A stretch of 64,000 nt of DNA, from positions 1-64,000 of the IMG/VR virus record IMGVR_UViG_3300028584_000098; one strand, given 5' to 3'. A program made the position numbers and the translations under genes. The notes beneath the pieces were generated by a model, which did no database searches, was not told the origin of the DNA, and saw nothing but the letters and a program-made list of their open reading frames with translations. Of the stretch, positions 48,313 to 58,800 are shown piece after piece (the first letter of the stretch is position 1; the number at the start of each line of letters is the position of its first letter). Origin of the DNA: a virus.

Positions 48313-51300
48313 CTTTTTAACTCCTGTCCATACATTGATCCACCTAACCAATCTATATTTGTTCCAGTAACTTTACCAACAGAATAATAGTATGCACCGC
48401 CTGCAACAGCAGTAGTATCATAGAATGTTATAGTCATAGGAACTTCATCTTGTCCATCAAAGGACGCCCTGGCTACGGCTCCTGCTAATGGCACCCCGTC
48501 TCTATATAGCTGTAGTAGTAGTGTAGTACGTGAAGATGGGAAGTGGAAATTCGAATAGAAATCAATCTTAATACCCCTAGAAGTTACTGGGTACACCGAA
48601 AACCCAATAAAAGTTGTGTTTGGCATGTTATAGTAACTATAATTAGCCGTAGCAAACACAGGCAATGATATTGAGTTATCTACTAAATGATCCGTAATTA
48701 CTGTATTAGCACTGATTTTATTAGTAGTTATTGCATTGGATGCAATATTAGCAGCTTCAATAGTGTTAGCAGCCACGTGGTACCCTGCTATATTACCTGC
48801 TTTAATTTTTGCAGATGTAACTGATTCAGTATTTAGATTGTTTGCATCAATAGTAAAAGCTGCTATATGATATCCAGCAATATTAGCTGCAGCAATTTTT
48901 GCTGCAGTTATGGCACCAGCATCTATTTTATCAGCAGTAACTGCACCCGTAAATATTTTACCCGCTGTAACCGCTCCCGCCTCTATAGTACCAGCAGTTA
49001 CCGCATTAGTAGCAATTGTGCCTGCTGTTACAGCTCCTGTATTAATTTTACCTGCAATCACTGCACCGGCTTCAATAGTGGCAGATGTTACTGCATTAGC
49101 CGCAATAGTACCTGCAGTTACAGCTCCAGTATTAATTTTACCCGCCGTAACTGCACCTGCTTCAATAGTACCTGCGGTTACAGCATTAGCCGCAATAGTA
49201 CCTGCAGTTACAGCTCCAGTATTAATTTTACCCGCTGTAACTGCACCCGCTAAGATAGTTCCAGAGGTTACAGCGTTGGCAGCAATAGTTCCTGCGGTTA
49301 CAGCATCTGCAGCAATTTTACCCGCAATAATAGAACCAGCTAAAATTTTAGGGGAAGTTACTGCATCTGTACCTATTTGTGTACTAGTGATAGTTCCTGT
49401 TATCTTTGTAGCTGCAAGATCCGCGACTTGTGCATTAGTAAGTTGTCCAGTTATTTTAGCAGCAGCAATATCTGCTAATTGAGCATTGGTAAGTTGACCT
49501 GCAATTTTAGCAGCAGCAATGGAGGCTAGTTGGCTATCTGATAGTTGCCCAGTTATTTTAGCAGCAGCAATATCAGCTAACTGAGCATTAGTAAGCTGCC
49601 CTGTCATATCCGTAGCGGCTACTGCAGCAGTCCATGCTGTTCCTGTATACCTGTACAATTTATCTGGAGCATTAACCCCATCTGTAGTTGTAAGGAATAC
49701 CATTCTACCTTGAAACAAGTTAGTAACTGGTAGTGCCGAAACTATTTCGTAGCCAGTTTTAACCTTACTGACGGAGAATACTTTGGTATACGTTACAGAA
49801 TTATACACACAATTCAAAGTAAGAGTACCTGAGTCGCCTGGCATAGCTGTTATTCTATAGTACCCCTTAGGGAACCCAGCTACCGGAGTACCTGTTGCAG
49901 TATTTATAGTCCCAGTAACACCACTAGCGGTCGCAGATAAACTTGCTAGTGACGTAATATCCGTTCCACCTAAGTATATCTTAAGGTACCCATCTACACC
50001 TGCGAAAGATGGAACAGTTCCCTCTGCGTAAGCAAAAACAGTGTACGCGTCATTTGTAATAGTTACTGATACAGCATCTGTTCCGTCTAGGCCTATTACA
50101 CCGTCTTTAACTATAGTAACATTAAATGTCTTATCTATAGTAATTCCACCGTATGCAGCGCGTAAGTTTAGTTTTGCTGTAGGTGCCGACATAACTATAA
50201 CTGCATAGTTACCGGAGCTGTCTATAGAACCTGTACAAGAAACTGTAGATACTACAGAATACGCAACTCCTGTAGTCACTTCTGTGATACCGGTATATAT
50301 CTTAAATATACCAGAGGCTGGGGTGTAACTGCTAACTACCCCGGCACTATCCGCAGACAGAACAACTACTTCGTTAGTAAGTTGCCCTGTTATAGTCTGC
50401 GGAGCCCCATCTGTAGACCCTAAAATAGCAAGTGAAGTTAGGTTGGGATAAAACTCGGAATAGTTATCTGCAGATACACCATTTATATTAGTAGTAATAG
50501 TTCTATGTCTAATTCTATAGTACTTAGATACAGAGCTAGTAGAATATACTACGTCGAAATATTTGTTTATAGGTACATCTAAAGTAGCTAATAAACTATG
50601 CTTACCTACAGATATACCTAATCCAGTACCATTAGTTAAAGTAACAGTGCTACCGAGAATAGTTTTTAGTGTAAATGTAGTAGTAGTAGGGGTACTGGCT
50701 ACATAGTATAGCTGCCCGGCAGTAACACCATTTCCAGTAATAAAAGCTACTACTGCAGTATCTACAGATAAATTATGGGCCACGTCAGTAGTAGCTACGT
50801 TGCTACTAATAGAGGTTATTAGAATATCCTTACTATAGCTGTATATTTCGGTTTTAGTTCCTGTAGGCGACGCTGTTAGACTATTATCCCAAGTAAGATT
50901 TATAGTTACTGTTGTGTCATCACTATCAACTAATTCTGACGCAGATAAATTACTTGGAGCATTAATTACAGGTACGTTTGGTAGACCTGTTAGGCCTGAA
51001 CCTCCTTGCTTAGAGATATTACTTATTTGGTAAAAGCTATCGTCGTACTCCGTAGCTACTATATCTACTAAACAGTCCGCGGCTATATCTATTGTTTCTA
51101 CACGGAACTTCTTTGGTGTAGTCCAGCCATACTTAGGGTACTCTACTTGTATTATAGACCCAGGTACTAGTAGTATACCTTTAGGTCTAATAGTAATAGA
51201 AATCTCTAAGCCGAACCTAGATTTATTAAGATACCTATCGGCTAATAACCTAGCATTATAGTAGTTAGTAATCCCAGGGATAGATAAGTTACCTTTTCTA

Positions 51301-54300
51301 GGAACGTTTCTATCTGCTTTTAGGTAGTCAGAATTAAAGAAGCTTATATTTCTAGCTTCATATTTATTGGAGGGGTCCGCGTAGGATACTGCTAAAGAGT
51401 TATAAGCACCTCGGATACCCTGGTCTACTAAGTTGATCTTCCCAATAATATCGTCTTCGGTAATATTATGTACGTCTGACGATAGTATTGGTGTAGCAGG
51501 CTTTTCAACATCTAAGTGGTACTTTCCAGAACTATACCTTAGAATACCCCCAAAATGGGATAGTATGCTATTAATATTATCAAATATAGGCTGAGAAGTA
51601 TCTATAGCAATATTACCCTGGTGCTTAGTGACGTAACGCTGTTCTTGCGCCGACCAGCCTACATACTTCCAATAATCTATGCCATCAGAATCGTACAGAG
51701 AGTAACCAGAAGATAGCCTATCAGACTTAATTCCTTGGACAGGATTTCCAGAAGTAAATATGCCTTCAGTAGAGGGGCCTGTACCAGATATCTTACTAAT
51801 AGTTGTAGTGCCTAGAAATTCTAGGTTCCCCGTAGTACCACTAGTATGCTCTGGGGCACTACCTCCCGCGGCATAACCAGTAGCAACTTTATAAAGTCTA
51901 TTGTTATAGTATACTAAATCGCCTTGCTTAAATACTTTCCAGCTATTCCAAAGGTTTGATAATTTACCTATAACATTAGTGAAAGTCACAAACTTAGTAG
52001 AAGTTCCTGGTACAGTAGAAGTATCTACTGAGGACACAGTACCCTGCCAGATAGTTTTGCTAGCAGAATTTACTAAATTATAAATATCTCCTACAGCTAT
52101 AGAAGACCCCGCATTAGTTATACGAACTGTAACATCAGAATGAATATCACAGGATCTAGCGGACTCTAGCCAAGATGGTAAGTATAAATCTGAAGATAGG
52201 TTTAAGCCCCTGCCGTAAGACTTAGAAGTACAGTATTCCAGGGCTACCATGGCAAAGTTAGTACTCGTTCTATGATCTGAGTATGCCTGCGATATATTAT
52301 AAGTATTACTAATTGTAGGGATGGTATCCCATAGTCCATTAATAGTAGCTATTTTGCTAGCACCATCATACGCCACTATACGCTTTGTTTGAGTAACTTG
52401 TTTGCCCGTAATATCTGTTTTAATAACAGTTATATCATGGTCAATATAGTAATCATTAACAGAGCTAGCAGAACTAGATAGCTTTATAGTATTTCTTGAA
52501 CATATTTTATTGCCCACTAAACCTGTAGCGAAAACGTTATTAGTACTATAATTTAATTCAGTAGTTACGTCTGTCGCTGTTGTAACTCCTCCTATAATAG
52601 AATCACTAAACTTTTCGTTAGTAATAGGAGCTAAGTTACTATCAAGAATACTGAATTTTGGGTAGTCATCAAAAGTATCACCGCCTATAGCTAGAGACGC
52701 TAATGATGCGTACGATATTCTTAATGCCCCAGCTGAGTTAGACACAGCGGTTATAGTAGAACTTAGTTCAAGCGCTGGGCTACCAGAAGTTTCACTGTAA
52801 TTATAAGTTACCATAGTCCAAGTATAAATACCGGAACTAATATAGAACTTAGTAATACTAGGTACTCCGTCTGTATAATCTAGACTAGGAGGCACACTAA
52901 ATCTGAATCTAGTGTCCGCACTACCATCAGGCTTATATATAGTCCACTTATCTATTATCTGTACAGATGCATTAATAGTAGCATTATTATCTGATCTTTT
53001 TAAAGTTACCCAGTCACCTAAGCTAAAGTTATCAGAAGATTCTGCATCTGCTTTATTATAATGAGTATAGCTGTAATCGTAATTGTAACAGGGTATAACC
53101 TTACCATTAACTATAAATTCTAGCTTAGGTATAGAAGTCTCGCCTTCTGCTATTTTATATTTAACTACTACATAAGCCGTATCTAGCAGTCTGTGATTTG
53201 GACCCCAGTATTCTGCAGTGTCAGTACCTGTCCAATAGTCGCTTTGTACTTTAAAGTTACTTGTCTTAGCAATATTTACTAAAGATTGCGCAGCCTTTTG
53301 GCCCTCTTTACCAGAAAAGAAGTCCATAACAATAGTTTGTGGAGATGTTAGGCTTAAAGTTTCCCCGTCTTTTATACCACTAGAGGTTACGGGAGCTGTA
53401 ACTATAGGTTCTACGTAATTTCTATATCTAATCTGATCTATTAAATTATATCCCAAATCATATAGGTAGGTCTCATCACTATAGTAAGAAATAGGAGTAC
53501 CACTAGTAGCTATTGCCCCTCCAAGTACATCCCCTCTATCAGCCCGTCCCATACATACTAGAGGTACAGTATTATCTGGGTTTTGTACTGAACGAGCATC
53601 AAAGTCAGACTTATTACCACAGATTAAAGAGTTGCCATCAATATAAACATCATATATTGATGCTACCTCGCCCTCAGATAGAGCATAGATAACATATACC
53701 GAAGAAGCATCATCTTTTAACGTATCCGCAAATACAGGGATACCTGTTACAGGCCTTACGCCATATATAACAGGCAGACTTTTAGCCTGTAATTGAAAGT
53801 CTAACTCTGTACTTCGTACTTCAGGGGATAGATAATTTCTAACTTTCACTTTACTAATTAGACCAAAGAACTTCTTTTTTACTGTTACATCTTGTTTTTC
53901 AACAAGAGTAGTATAATTAGCTAGTAAGTTTACCGAGGTTTCTGCGTGGGAGAAGCCCTTATCGTAGGCGTATTCAGGTTTAATTGATGATATAGGGTTA
54001 GGGTTACCATTAGAGTCCAGCGCTCTGTGAAAATCATCAGAGGTTATTCTACCGGATACTTGGGACCAATCCCCCCAATGGCTAGTCATACCCCAGGATA
54101 CTTTAATATATGTCTCGGTATCTTCAAAGCTAACATTGCTGATAAGGCCTTTGAATATAAGTATTGGCTCCCCAACTATAATACCTTCTTGAAAGAAGGC
54201 TTTCCATATAAAAACTTCTCTATTAATGAAAGAAGCATAGTTAGCGGTATTCTTGTCTAGAAGTATACTCTTTATTTCTTCTGAGGCTAAAGACATAGTT

Positions 54301-54857
54301 ATGTTAATAGCATTTTCAGCAAGCATAACTACGTCAATTTGAGTTAGTCTAACTACATTATTAGCCATAAAAGCTTTAATGTTAAAATCTCCGGGGCTAC
54401 TATTTCCAGAGATAGTTACTTTATCCCCCTCGCGGAATCCCTCCCTAACCAAGTCGACTTCAGGAGGAACAACTATATCAAATACTCCCGTAGATACTAC
54501 GGATATATTTACCAAAGCTTCCGCGTAAGCACCAATGGAAGTTCCATCTAGTTCTACATTAAAAGTAGTCGCTTTGGCTTCACTATCCTCAGATACTGAA
54601 CCTACTCGAACTACTTTATTAGCTATGTAATTTTGTGCCCCATTCGAGACCCCAGCTAAACTAGTACTTCCATCATCAAAAGATACGTCTATAGAAGAAT
54701 CAGTTATATAGGTGTAACGCTCTCTAGAGGTACTAACACTACCACTCGCAGAGTCTGGTAATGAAGGTCTCTCAAATTTAATTAAGTGACAATAGTCAAA
54801 CGACTCATTGTTCATTAACATTGTTTTTAAAGTAGAATTAATAGTACGTTCTGTCAT
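48309..54857 (-). CDS. 2182-aa baseplate hub / host-specificity (gpJ-like) protein fused to a long repeat-rich central fibre
   Basis: It is the largest ORF and lies downstream of the TMP and Dit-like genes. The C-terminus has 17-aa and 10/30-aa repeat arrays and ends in a globular domain. Confidence 0.65.
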   Translation of the reverse strand: MTERTINSTLKTMLMNNESFDYCHLIKFERPSLPDSASGSVSTSRERYTYITDSSIDVSFDDGSTSLAGVSNGAQNYIANKVVRVGSVSEDSEAKATTFNVELDGTSIGAYAEALVNISVVSTGVFDIVVPPEVDLVREGFREGDKVTISGNSSPGDFNIKAFMANNVVRLTQIDVVMLAENAINITMSLASEEIKSILLDKNTANYASFINREVFIWKAFFQEGIIVGEPILIFKGLISNVSFEDTETYIKVSWGMTSHWGDWSQVSGRITSDDFHRALDSNGNPNPISSIKPEYAYDKGFSHAETSVNLLANYTTLVEKQDVTVKKKFFGLISKVKVRNYLSPEVRSTELDFQLQAKSLPVIYGVRPVTGIPVFADTLKDDASSVYVIYALSEGEVASIYDVYIDGNSLICGNKSDFDARSVQNPDNTVPLVCMGRADRGDVLGGAIATSGTPISYYSDETYLYDLGYNLIDQIRYRNYVEPIVTAPVTSSGIKDGETLSLTSPQTIVMDFFSGKEGQKAAQSLVNIAKTSNFKVQSDYWTGTDTAEYWGPNHRLLDTAYVVVKYKIAEGETSIPKLEFIVNGKVIPCYNYDYSYTHYNKADAESSDNFSLGDWVTLKRSDNNATINASVQIIDKWTIYKPDGSADTRFRFSVPPSLDYTDGVPSITKFYISSGIYTWTMVTYNYSETSGSPALELSSTITAVSNSAGALRISYASLASLAIGGDTFDDYPKFSILDSNLAPITNEKFSDSIIGGVTTATDVTTELNYSTNNVFATGLVGNKICSRNTIKLSSSASSVNDYYIDHDITVIKTDITGKQVTQTKRIVAYDGASKIATINGLWDTIPTISNTYNISQAYSDHRTSTNFAMVALEYCTSKSYGRGLNLSSDLYLPSWLESARSCDIHSDVTVRITNAGSSIAVGDIYNLVNSASKTIWQGTVSSVDTSTVPGTSTKFVTFTNVIGKLSNLWNSWKVFKQGDLVYYNNRLYKVATGYAAGGSAPEHTSGTTGNLEFLGTTTISKISGTGPSTEGIFTSGNPVQGIKSDRLSSGYSLYDSDGIDYWKYVGWSAQEQRYVTKHQGNIAIDTSQPIFDNINSILSHFGGILRYSSGKYHLDVEKPATPILSSDVHNITEDDIIGKINLVDQGIRGAYNSLAVSYADPSNKYEARNISFFNSDYLKADRNVPRKGNLSIPGITNYYNARLLADRYLNKSRFGLEISITIRPKGILLVPGSIIQVEYPKYGWTTPKKFRVETIDIAADCLVDIVATEYDDSFYQISNISKQGGSGLTGLPNVPVINAPSNLSASELVDSDDTTVTINLTWDNSLTASPTGTKTEIYSYSKDILITSISSNVATTDVAHNLSVDTAVVAFITGNGVTAGQLYYVASTPTTTTFTLKTILGSTVTLTNGTGLGISVGKHSLLATLDVPINKYFDVVYSTSSVSKYYRIRHRTITTNINGVSADNYSEFYPNLTSLAILGSTDGAPQTITGQLTNEVVVLSADSAGVVSSYTPASGIFKIYTGITEVTTGVAYSVVSTVSCTGSIDSSGNYAVIVMSAPTAKLNLRAAYGGITIDKTFNVTIVKDGVIGLDGTDAVSVTITNDAYTVFAYAEGTVPSFAGVDGYLKIYLGGTDITSLASLSATASGVTGTINTATGTPVAGFPKGYYRITAMPGDSGTLTLNCVYNSVTYTKVFSVSKVKTGYEIVSALPVTNLFQGRMVFLTTTDGVNAPDKLYRYTGTAWTAAVAATDMTGQLTNAQLADIAAAKITGQLSDSQLASIAAAKIAGQLTNAQLADIAAAKITGQLTNAQVADLAATKITGTITSTQIGTDAVTSPKILAGSIIAGKIAADAVTAGTIAANAVTSGTILAGAVTAGKINTGAVTAGTIAANAVTAGTIEAGAVTAGKINTGAVTAGTIAANAVTSATIEAGAVIAGKINTGAVTAGTIATNAVTAGTIEAGAVTAGKIFTGAVTADKIDAGAITAAKIAAANIAGYHIAAFTIDANNLNTESVTSAKIKAGNIAGYHVAANTIEAANIASNAITTNKISANTVITDHLVDNSISLPVFATANYSYYNMPNTTFIGFSVYPVTSRGIKIDFYSNFHFPSSRTTLLLQLYRDGVPLAGAVARASFDGQDEVPMTITFYDTTAVAGGAYYYSVGKVTGTNIDWLGGSMYGQELKR
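48930..49300 (-). repeat. 90-bp (30-aa) tandem repeats, each made of three 10-aa units (xGAVTAGxIx)
   Basis: GCATTAGCCGCAATAGTACCTGC... recurs at 49093 and 49183. The protein reads AGAVTAGKINTGAVTAGTIAANAVTAGTIE, repeated. Confidence 0.85.
49400..49612 (-). repeat. 51-bp (17-aa) tandem repeats GQLTNAQLADIAAAKIT, x4
   Basis: AGCAGCAGCAAT recurs at 49458, 49509 and 49560. Confidence 0.85.
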
Positions 54858-54863
54858 AATAGT

Positions 54864-54892
54864 ATCCTATATAACTAAGACTTCTTTGTCAA
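54864..54892 (-). promoter_or_regulatory. possible promoter upstream of the hub/fibre gene
   Basis: On the - strand: TTGACA (54892-54887), 17 bp, TAGGAT (54869-54864). Confidence 0.4.
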
Positions 54893-54903
54893 GAGTTAAA
54901 ATT

Positions 54904-55839
54904 TTATGGTTGTAGCTCTTCAACCGAAAGACTGAAATTAAATAAATTATTAGTTCCTAAGCTATACTCCTGTATATCATTTTTTAATATACAGCGAATT
55001 TTAGGGTTACTAAATATTACTAAGGTAGGAGAGGGAATTATAGTAACGTTACTACTTACAGTAGCTACGGAACCTCCTTGCGTTGTAGAAAGGCTGAAAG
55101 TATTTGCTGATAAATAAATTACGTAGTATACCGTATGCGCTGTTAAACCACCTCCAGATACAATTCGTACCTGTTGATTGTTGTATAAACCATGCGAAGT
55201 TTTAGTAAACACGTTACTAGTAACACTAGTTGTTACTATTTGAGTAAACCCTCTAACTACCGCCCTACTTAATGGCGGTGTAAAATGCACTCTTCTCTGT
55301 GTAGTTAATAACCCGCTAGTTTCATATACTAGATAATTTTCAGACCTAGTAACTCTGTACGCTTTTGTGTGGTTTACATTATTACTATCTTGAATGGTAA
55401 ATAAATCGCCAGGAGAAGGGTCCCCCACAATACTAGAATGCCTTATAATTAGCGAACTTGTACCTGCTGCTGCGTCTAAGTCTACACACATTGGGTATAT
55501 GGCTACACAAGCTGCAAAAGTACTATTTCTAGGGGCCGCGTACTCAGGTAACGCCATATAAAATGCATCCTTACGGCCATTTCTAGATAGTAAAAAGGAG
55601 AATACGGGCTCAAACTGAGCCCGTGTCATTGGATGATAATTAATATCCACTTCCCAATACTGACCACCACTAGATCTCGTTACTCCTCTGCCACTTACTG
55701 TACGAGATACTTGCGTATCTCGTACAGACCTAAGTGAAATGGAAGCAAATCCCGGCCCTGCTGTACCAGTCGTATTATCATACACACCAGCATTTGTTAT
55801 TTTATTTACTGGATCTGGTAATATATTAGAAAAAGCCAT
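54904..55839 (-). CDS. distal tail protein (Dit)-like, with an extra C-terminal domain
   Basis: It sits between the TMP and the hub. The start overlaps the TMP stop. The C-terminus carries the H-x-L...V...G...Y-x-V motif also seen in the fibre and tail-tube proteins. Confidence 0.5.
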   Translation of the reverse strand: MAFSNILPDPVNKITNAGVYDNTTGTAGPGFASISLRSVRDTQVSRTVSGRGVTRSSGGQYWEVDINYHPMTRAQFEPVFSFLLSRNGRKDAFYMALPEYAAPRNSTFAACVAIYPMCVDLDAAAGTSSLIIRHSSIVGDPSPGDLFTIQDSNNVNHTKAYRVTRSENYLVYETSGLLTTQRRVHFTPPLSRAVVRGFTQIVTTSVTSNVFTKTSHGLYNNQQVRIVSGGGLTAHTVYYVIYLSANTFSLSTTQGGSVATVSSNVTIIPSPTLVIFSNPKIRCILKNDIQEYSLGTNNLFNFSLSVEELQP

Positions 55840-58800
55840 TATCTGCTCCCACTGTTTCTATATTTAGAAACGTTTACATTTTCTAAGAAAGTTTGCCCAT
55901 TTGCATTAGCAGCCTCTCTTAGCATTGAAATTATAGCTCCCCGGTTCTTAACTAGTACTTTTTCAACACCTTCTGCATCAACTGCTTGGATATTGAAAGA
56001 CGCGTTAATTCCGCCGGAACTTTCCTTAGAGGCGGCATCATTAGAAACTATCGTAGATGAAACGTCTGGGTAGATCTTCTCGGGGCCCTTTTCACCAACT
56101 ATAATACCAGCACGGCCACCATAAGCAGCTCGTTTAAAGTTACTAGCGTCAGTTCCTTGTCCCATAGATCCAGTTACATAACCAGATTCTCCCCCTGCAT
56201 TTGAGTTATTTCTAGCCAAGTCTACAGAGTTAGATCTAGTACCAATACTTAGAGAGGCTGGCGCAGACGCGGCAGCTCCCGCAGTAGAAGCACCACCTTG
56301 ATAGCTAGTTCCGGCGATAATAGCTAATTGTGCTGCACCAAGTGCGGCAAATATAGGAGCTAGCGGGATTCCGAAGATACCCGTTTGTCCCATAACCATA
56401 GCAATAGAAGCGGCGGTACTCATAACAACTTGAGCCATCATTAGCTTTTTATTAACATCAAAAGCTTTTCTAGCTGCGCTATCCTTCTTTTTTTCAAGAG
56501 AAGCTAACAATGCAACACTTTGGGCTGATTTACCGTCACGCTTTTGTTCAGCGGAAATTTCACTATCAATAGCAGCTATTTTTGCTTTCGCGCTAGCTTG
56601 AGCAATTGAAGCAATTTGACCAACGATAGCACCCATAGCGGATAGCCCGTCAGCGGAAGTTATACCTGCTTCCCCTATCTTAAGAATAGAGTCCGCAATA
56701 ACTAAAGAACCTTGAGCTAGGGAAGATACGAACTCTCCATCAGGACCTAGAGCTCTTAACTTCTCAAATACAGGGTCTAAATCAGCACTAAGTGCAGTTA
56801 AACGTTGAGACATTGTATCCGTGGGTTCTAAAGCCCTTAAGTTAGCCCCAGAAGACTCTGGAGGCCCGGATAGTCTTGCGGCAGGTATAGATACTTTTTC
56901 TAAAGTATTTTTTGCAGCAGTAACAGAATTAGTAACTTCAGCAATTGCTCCCGACATAGCATTAGGTATAGTTTTTAAAAGTAAATCTAAGCTATTAGCG
57001 TATGCAATCTGTGCGTTAGCTGTAGCTACCATAGCGGATTTCTGCTCTTCATTTAACCCAGGGATTGCACTTATAGCCCTAAGATTATTCGCAGCGTTAG
57101 TTTTAGCCGCTAAACTATCATAGGTATACTTAGCTTTTAAAAGTGCATATTCTGCTTTTATAGTTTCAATCTTTATATCCGCGGATGCTTTAACAGCATC
57201 GTAAGTAGCTTTAGCTAGTTCTATATTTAGAGCCCGCTCTTCTGTTGGGACTAACTCTCTACCTGTTTTAGCTATAGCTATTTCTTTAGTTTCTTTTCGT
57301 AATTCCGCAGCTGCAATAGCGGAGGCTTCTAGTGCTGTTGCTTGCTCCTTTTTAATATCTAGAGTTTGTTTTTCCAGCTCTAAAATATCTATATTAGTTT
57401 TTATATTTAGAGTTTTTAATACGGCAGCTTTAGAGTCTAGGTCTAGTTGGTCGGCTTTAATAGCACTAGAATGTGCAAGTAAGTCCACTTGTTTATCCAA
57501 AATATCTAAGTCTGTTTCTCTCTGGCCTTTAGCAGCTCTTCTAAGCCCAGATTCTTCTTTTTCTCTTATAGTTACTTGTAGAGCTGCTAGCGAGGCGGCT
57601 TGCTCTAATCTTAACTTTTCTTGGAGTAACGGGACAACTTTGTTGTAATATTCAATAGCACTTGCGTAATTAGCATCAGTTATACTGCCCAAGGCCTCAG
57701 AAGCTGCGTACTCAGATTGTGTAATTTTAGTTAAACCTTCTTGTATACCTAGCTTTTCATTAAGTAGGTTTACATCAGTTTCCCTATCTTGAAGAACCCC
57801 CTTAAGTCTAGCAACTTCAGTTGATGTTGCATTCATCATTATAGCTGCAGCTTGATTTTGTGCAGCTGATATTCCTGCTTGTAAAATTGATTCTCTATTA
57901 CGAGCAGCTTTTTCAGTTGCTATAGCAGCTTCTTTCTTACGTAGAATATCTATTTCAGCTGCATAAAGGCCTTTATTAACCGTACTAGTTTCTCGGGCAA
58001 TTTTAAGCTCTATAGCACCAATACGCTCTGCAACGTTGGTTAATTCACTTTCTAGAGACCCAGATTTAATTGTAGCTACATATTTCTTATAAGCCTCATC
58101 TTTTTCTCTAATTAGTTTAATGCTCTCTAGTTCTAGCTTTAGAGCCCAAGTAGCCGCTAAAATTTGACGAGCTTGCGTAGCTAGGATATTATTTTCTGCA
58201 TTTATTCTACGCTTAACTTCTTCCCCAGTAAGAGCGGCTGTTTTATTAAGCTTATTAAGTCTAGCTTGCTCTAGCGCTATAATACTAGTTAACGCTATAG
58301 ACTCTACCTGCCTAGCAGTTACCGTATCACTAAGAATCATCAGCTCACTAGAGGCTAAGCTTAGTCGTGACTGTAGCGTAGGAATAATATCTTGAGCAAT
58401 TTTAAGCTGCTTCTTTTCTTCTTCCGTCTTCTTGTAGCCTTCAGCAGTAAGCTTAGTGATTATGGCTGTTTGTGTATTATAGTCAGAGATAGCTTTTGTA
58501 GTATCTGGCTCTAAAAACTTTTGAATATCTGGACCTAATCCTGATATAACAGCGGCCATACCAGCAACGCCTCTTCCACTACTTGTAGCTTCAACAGTTA
58601 GTTTAGCTAGTTCTGAATTAGTATTAGCTAGTGAGGTTGCGAAAGCATCATACTGGGTAGTAGGAATACTTGACTTAGTTAATGCGGTAGCTGCAGCATT
58701 TAACTCTTTCATAGCTTCAGCAGTAGCTGAAACAGCAGGGCCGTATCCAGTAAACGCCTTGTTAACTTCATTAAGTACTTGAGCCTGTAACTTAGTACTT

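Noticed and set aside
48867-49482. + strand ORFs 48867-49253 and 48910-49482 opposite the fibre repeats; also 18569-19000 (-) opposite the 126-bp repeats.
   Set aside because: They are the reverse complement of Ala/Gly/Thr repeat codons. The products are low-complexity (Cys/Ser/Asn-rich or Ala/Val/Pro-rich) and lie within long genes on the other strand.
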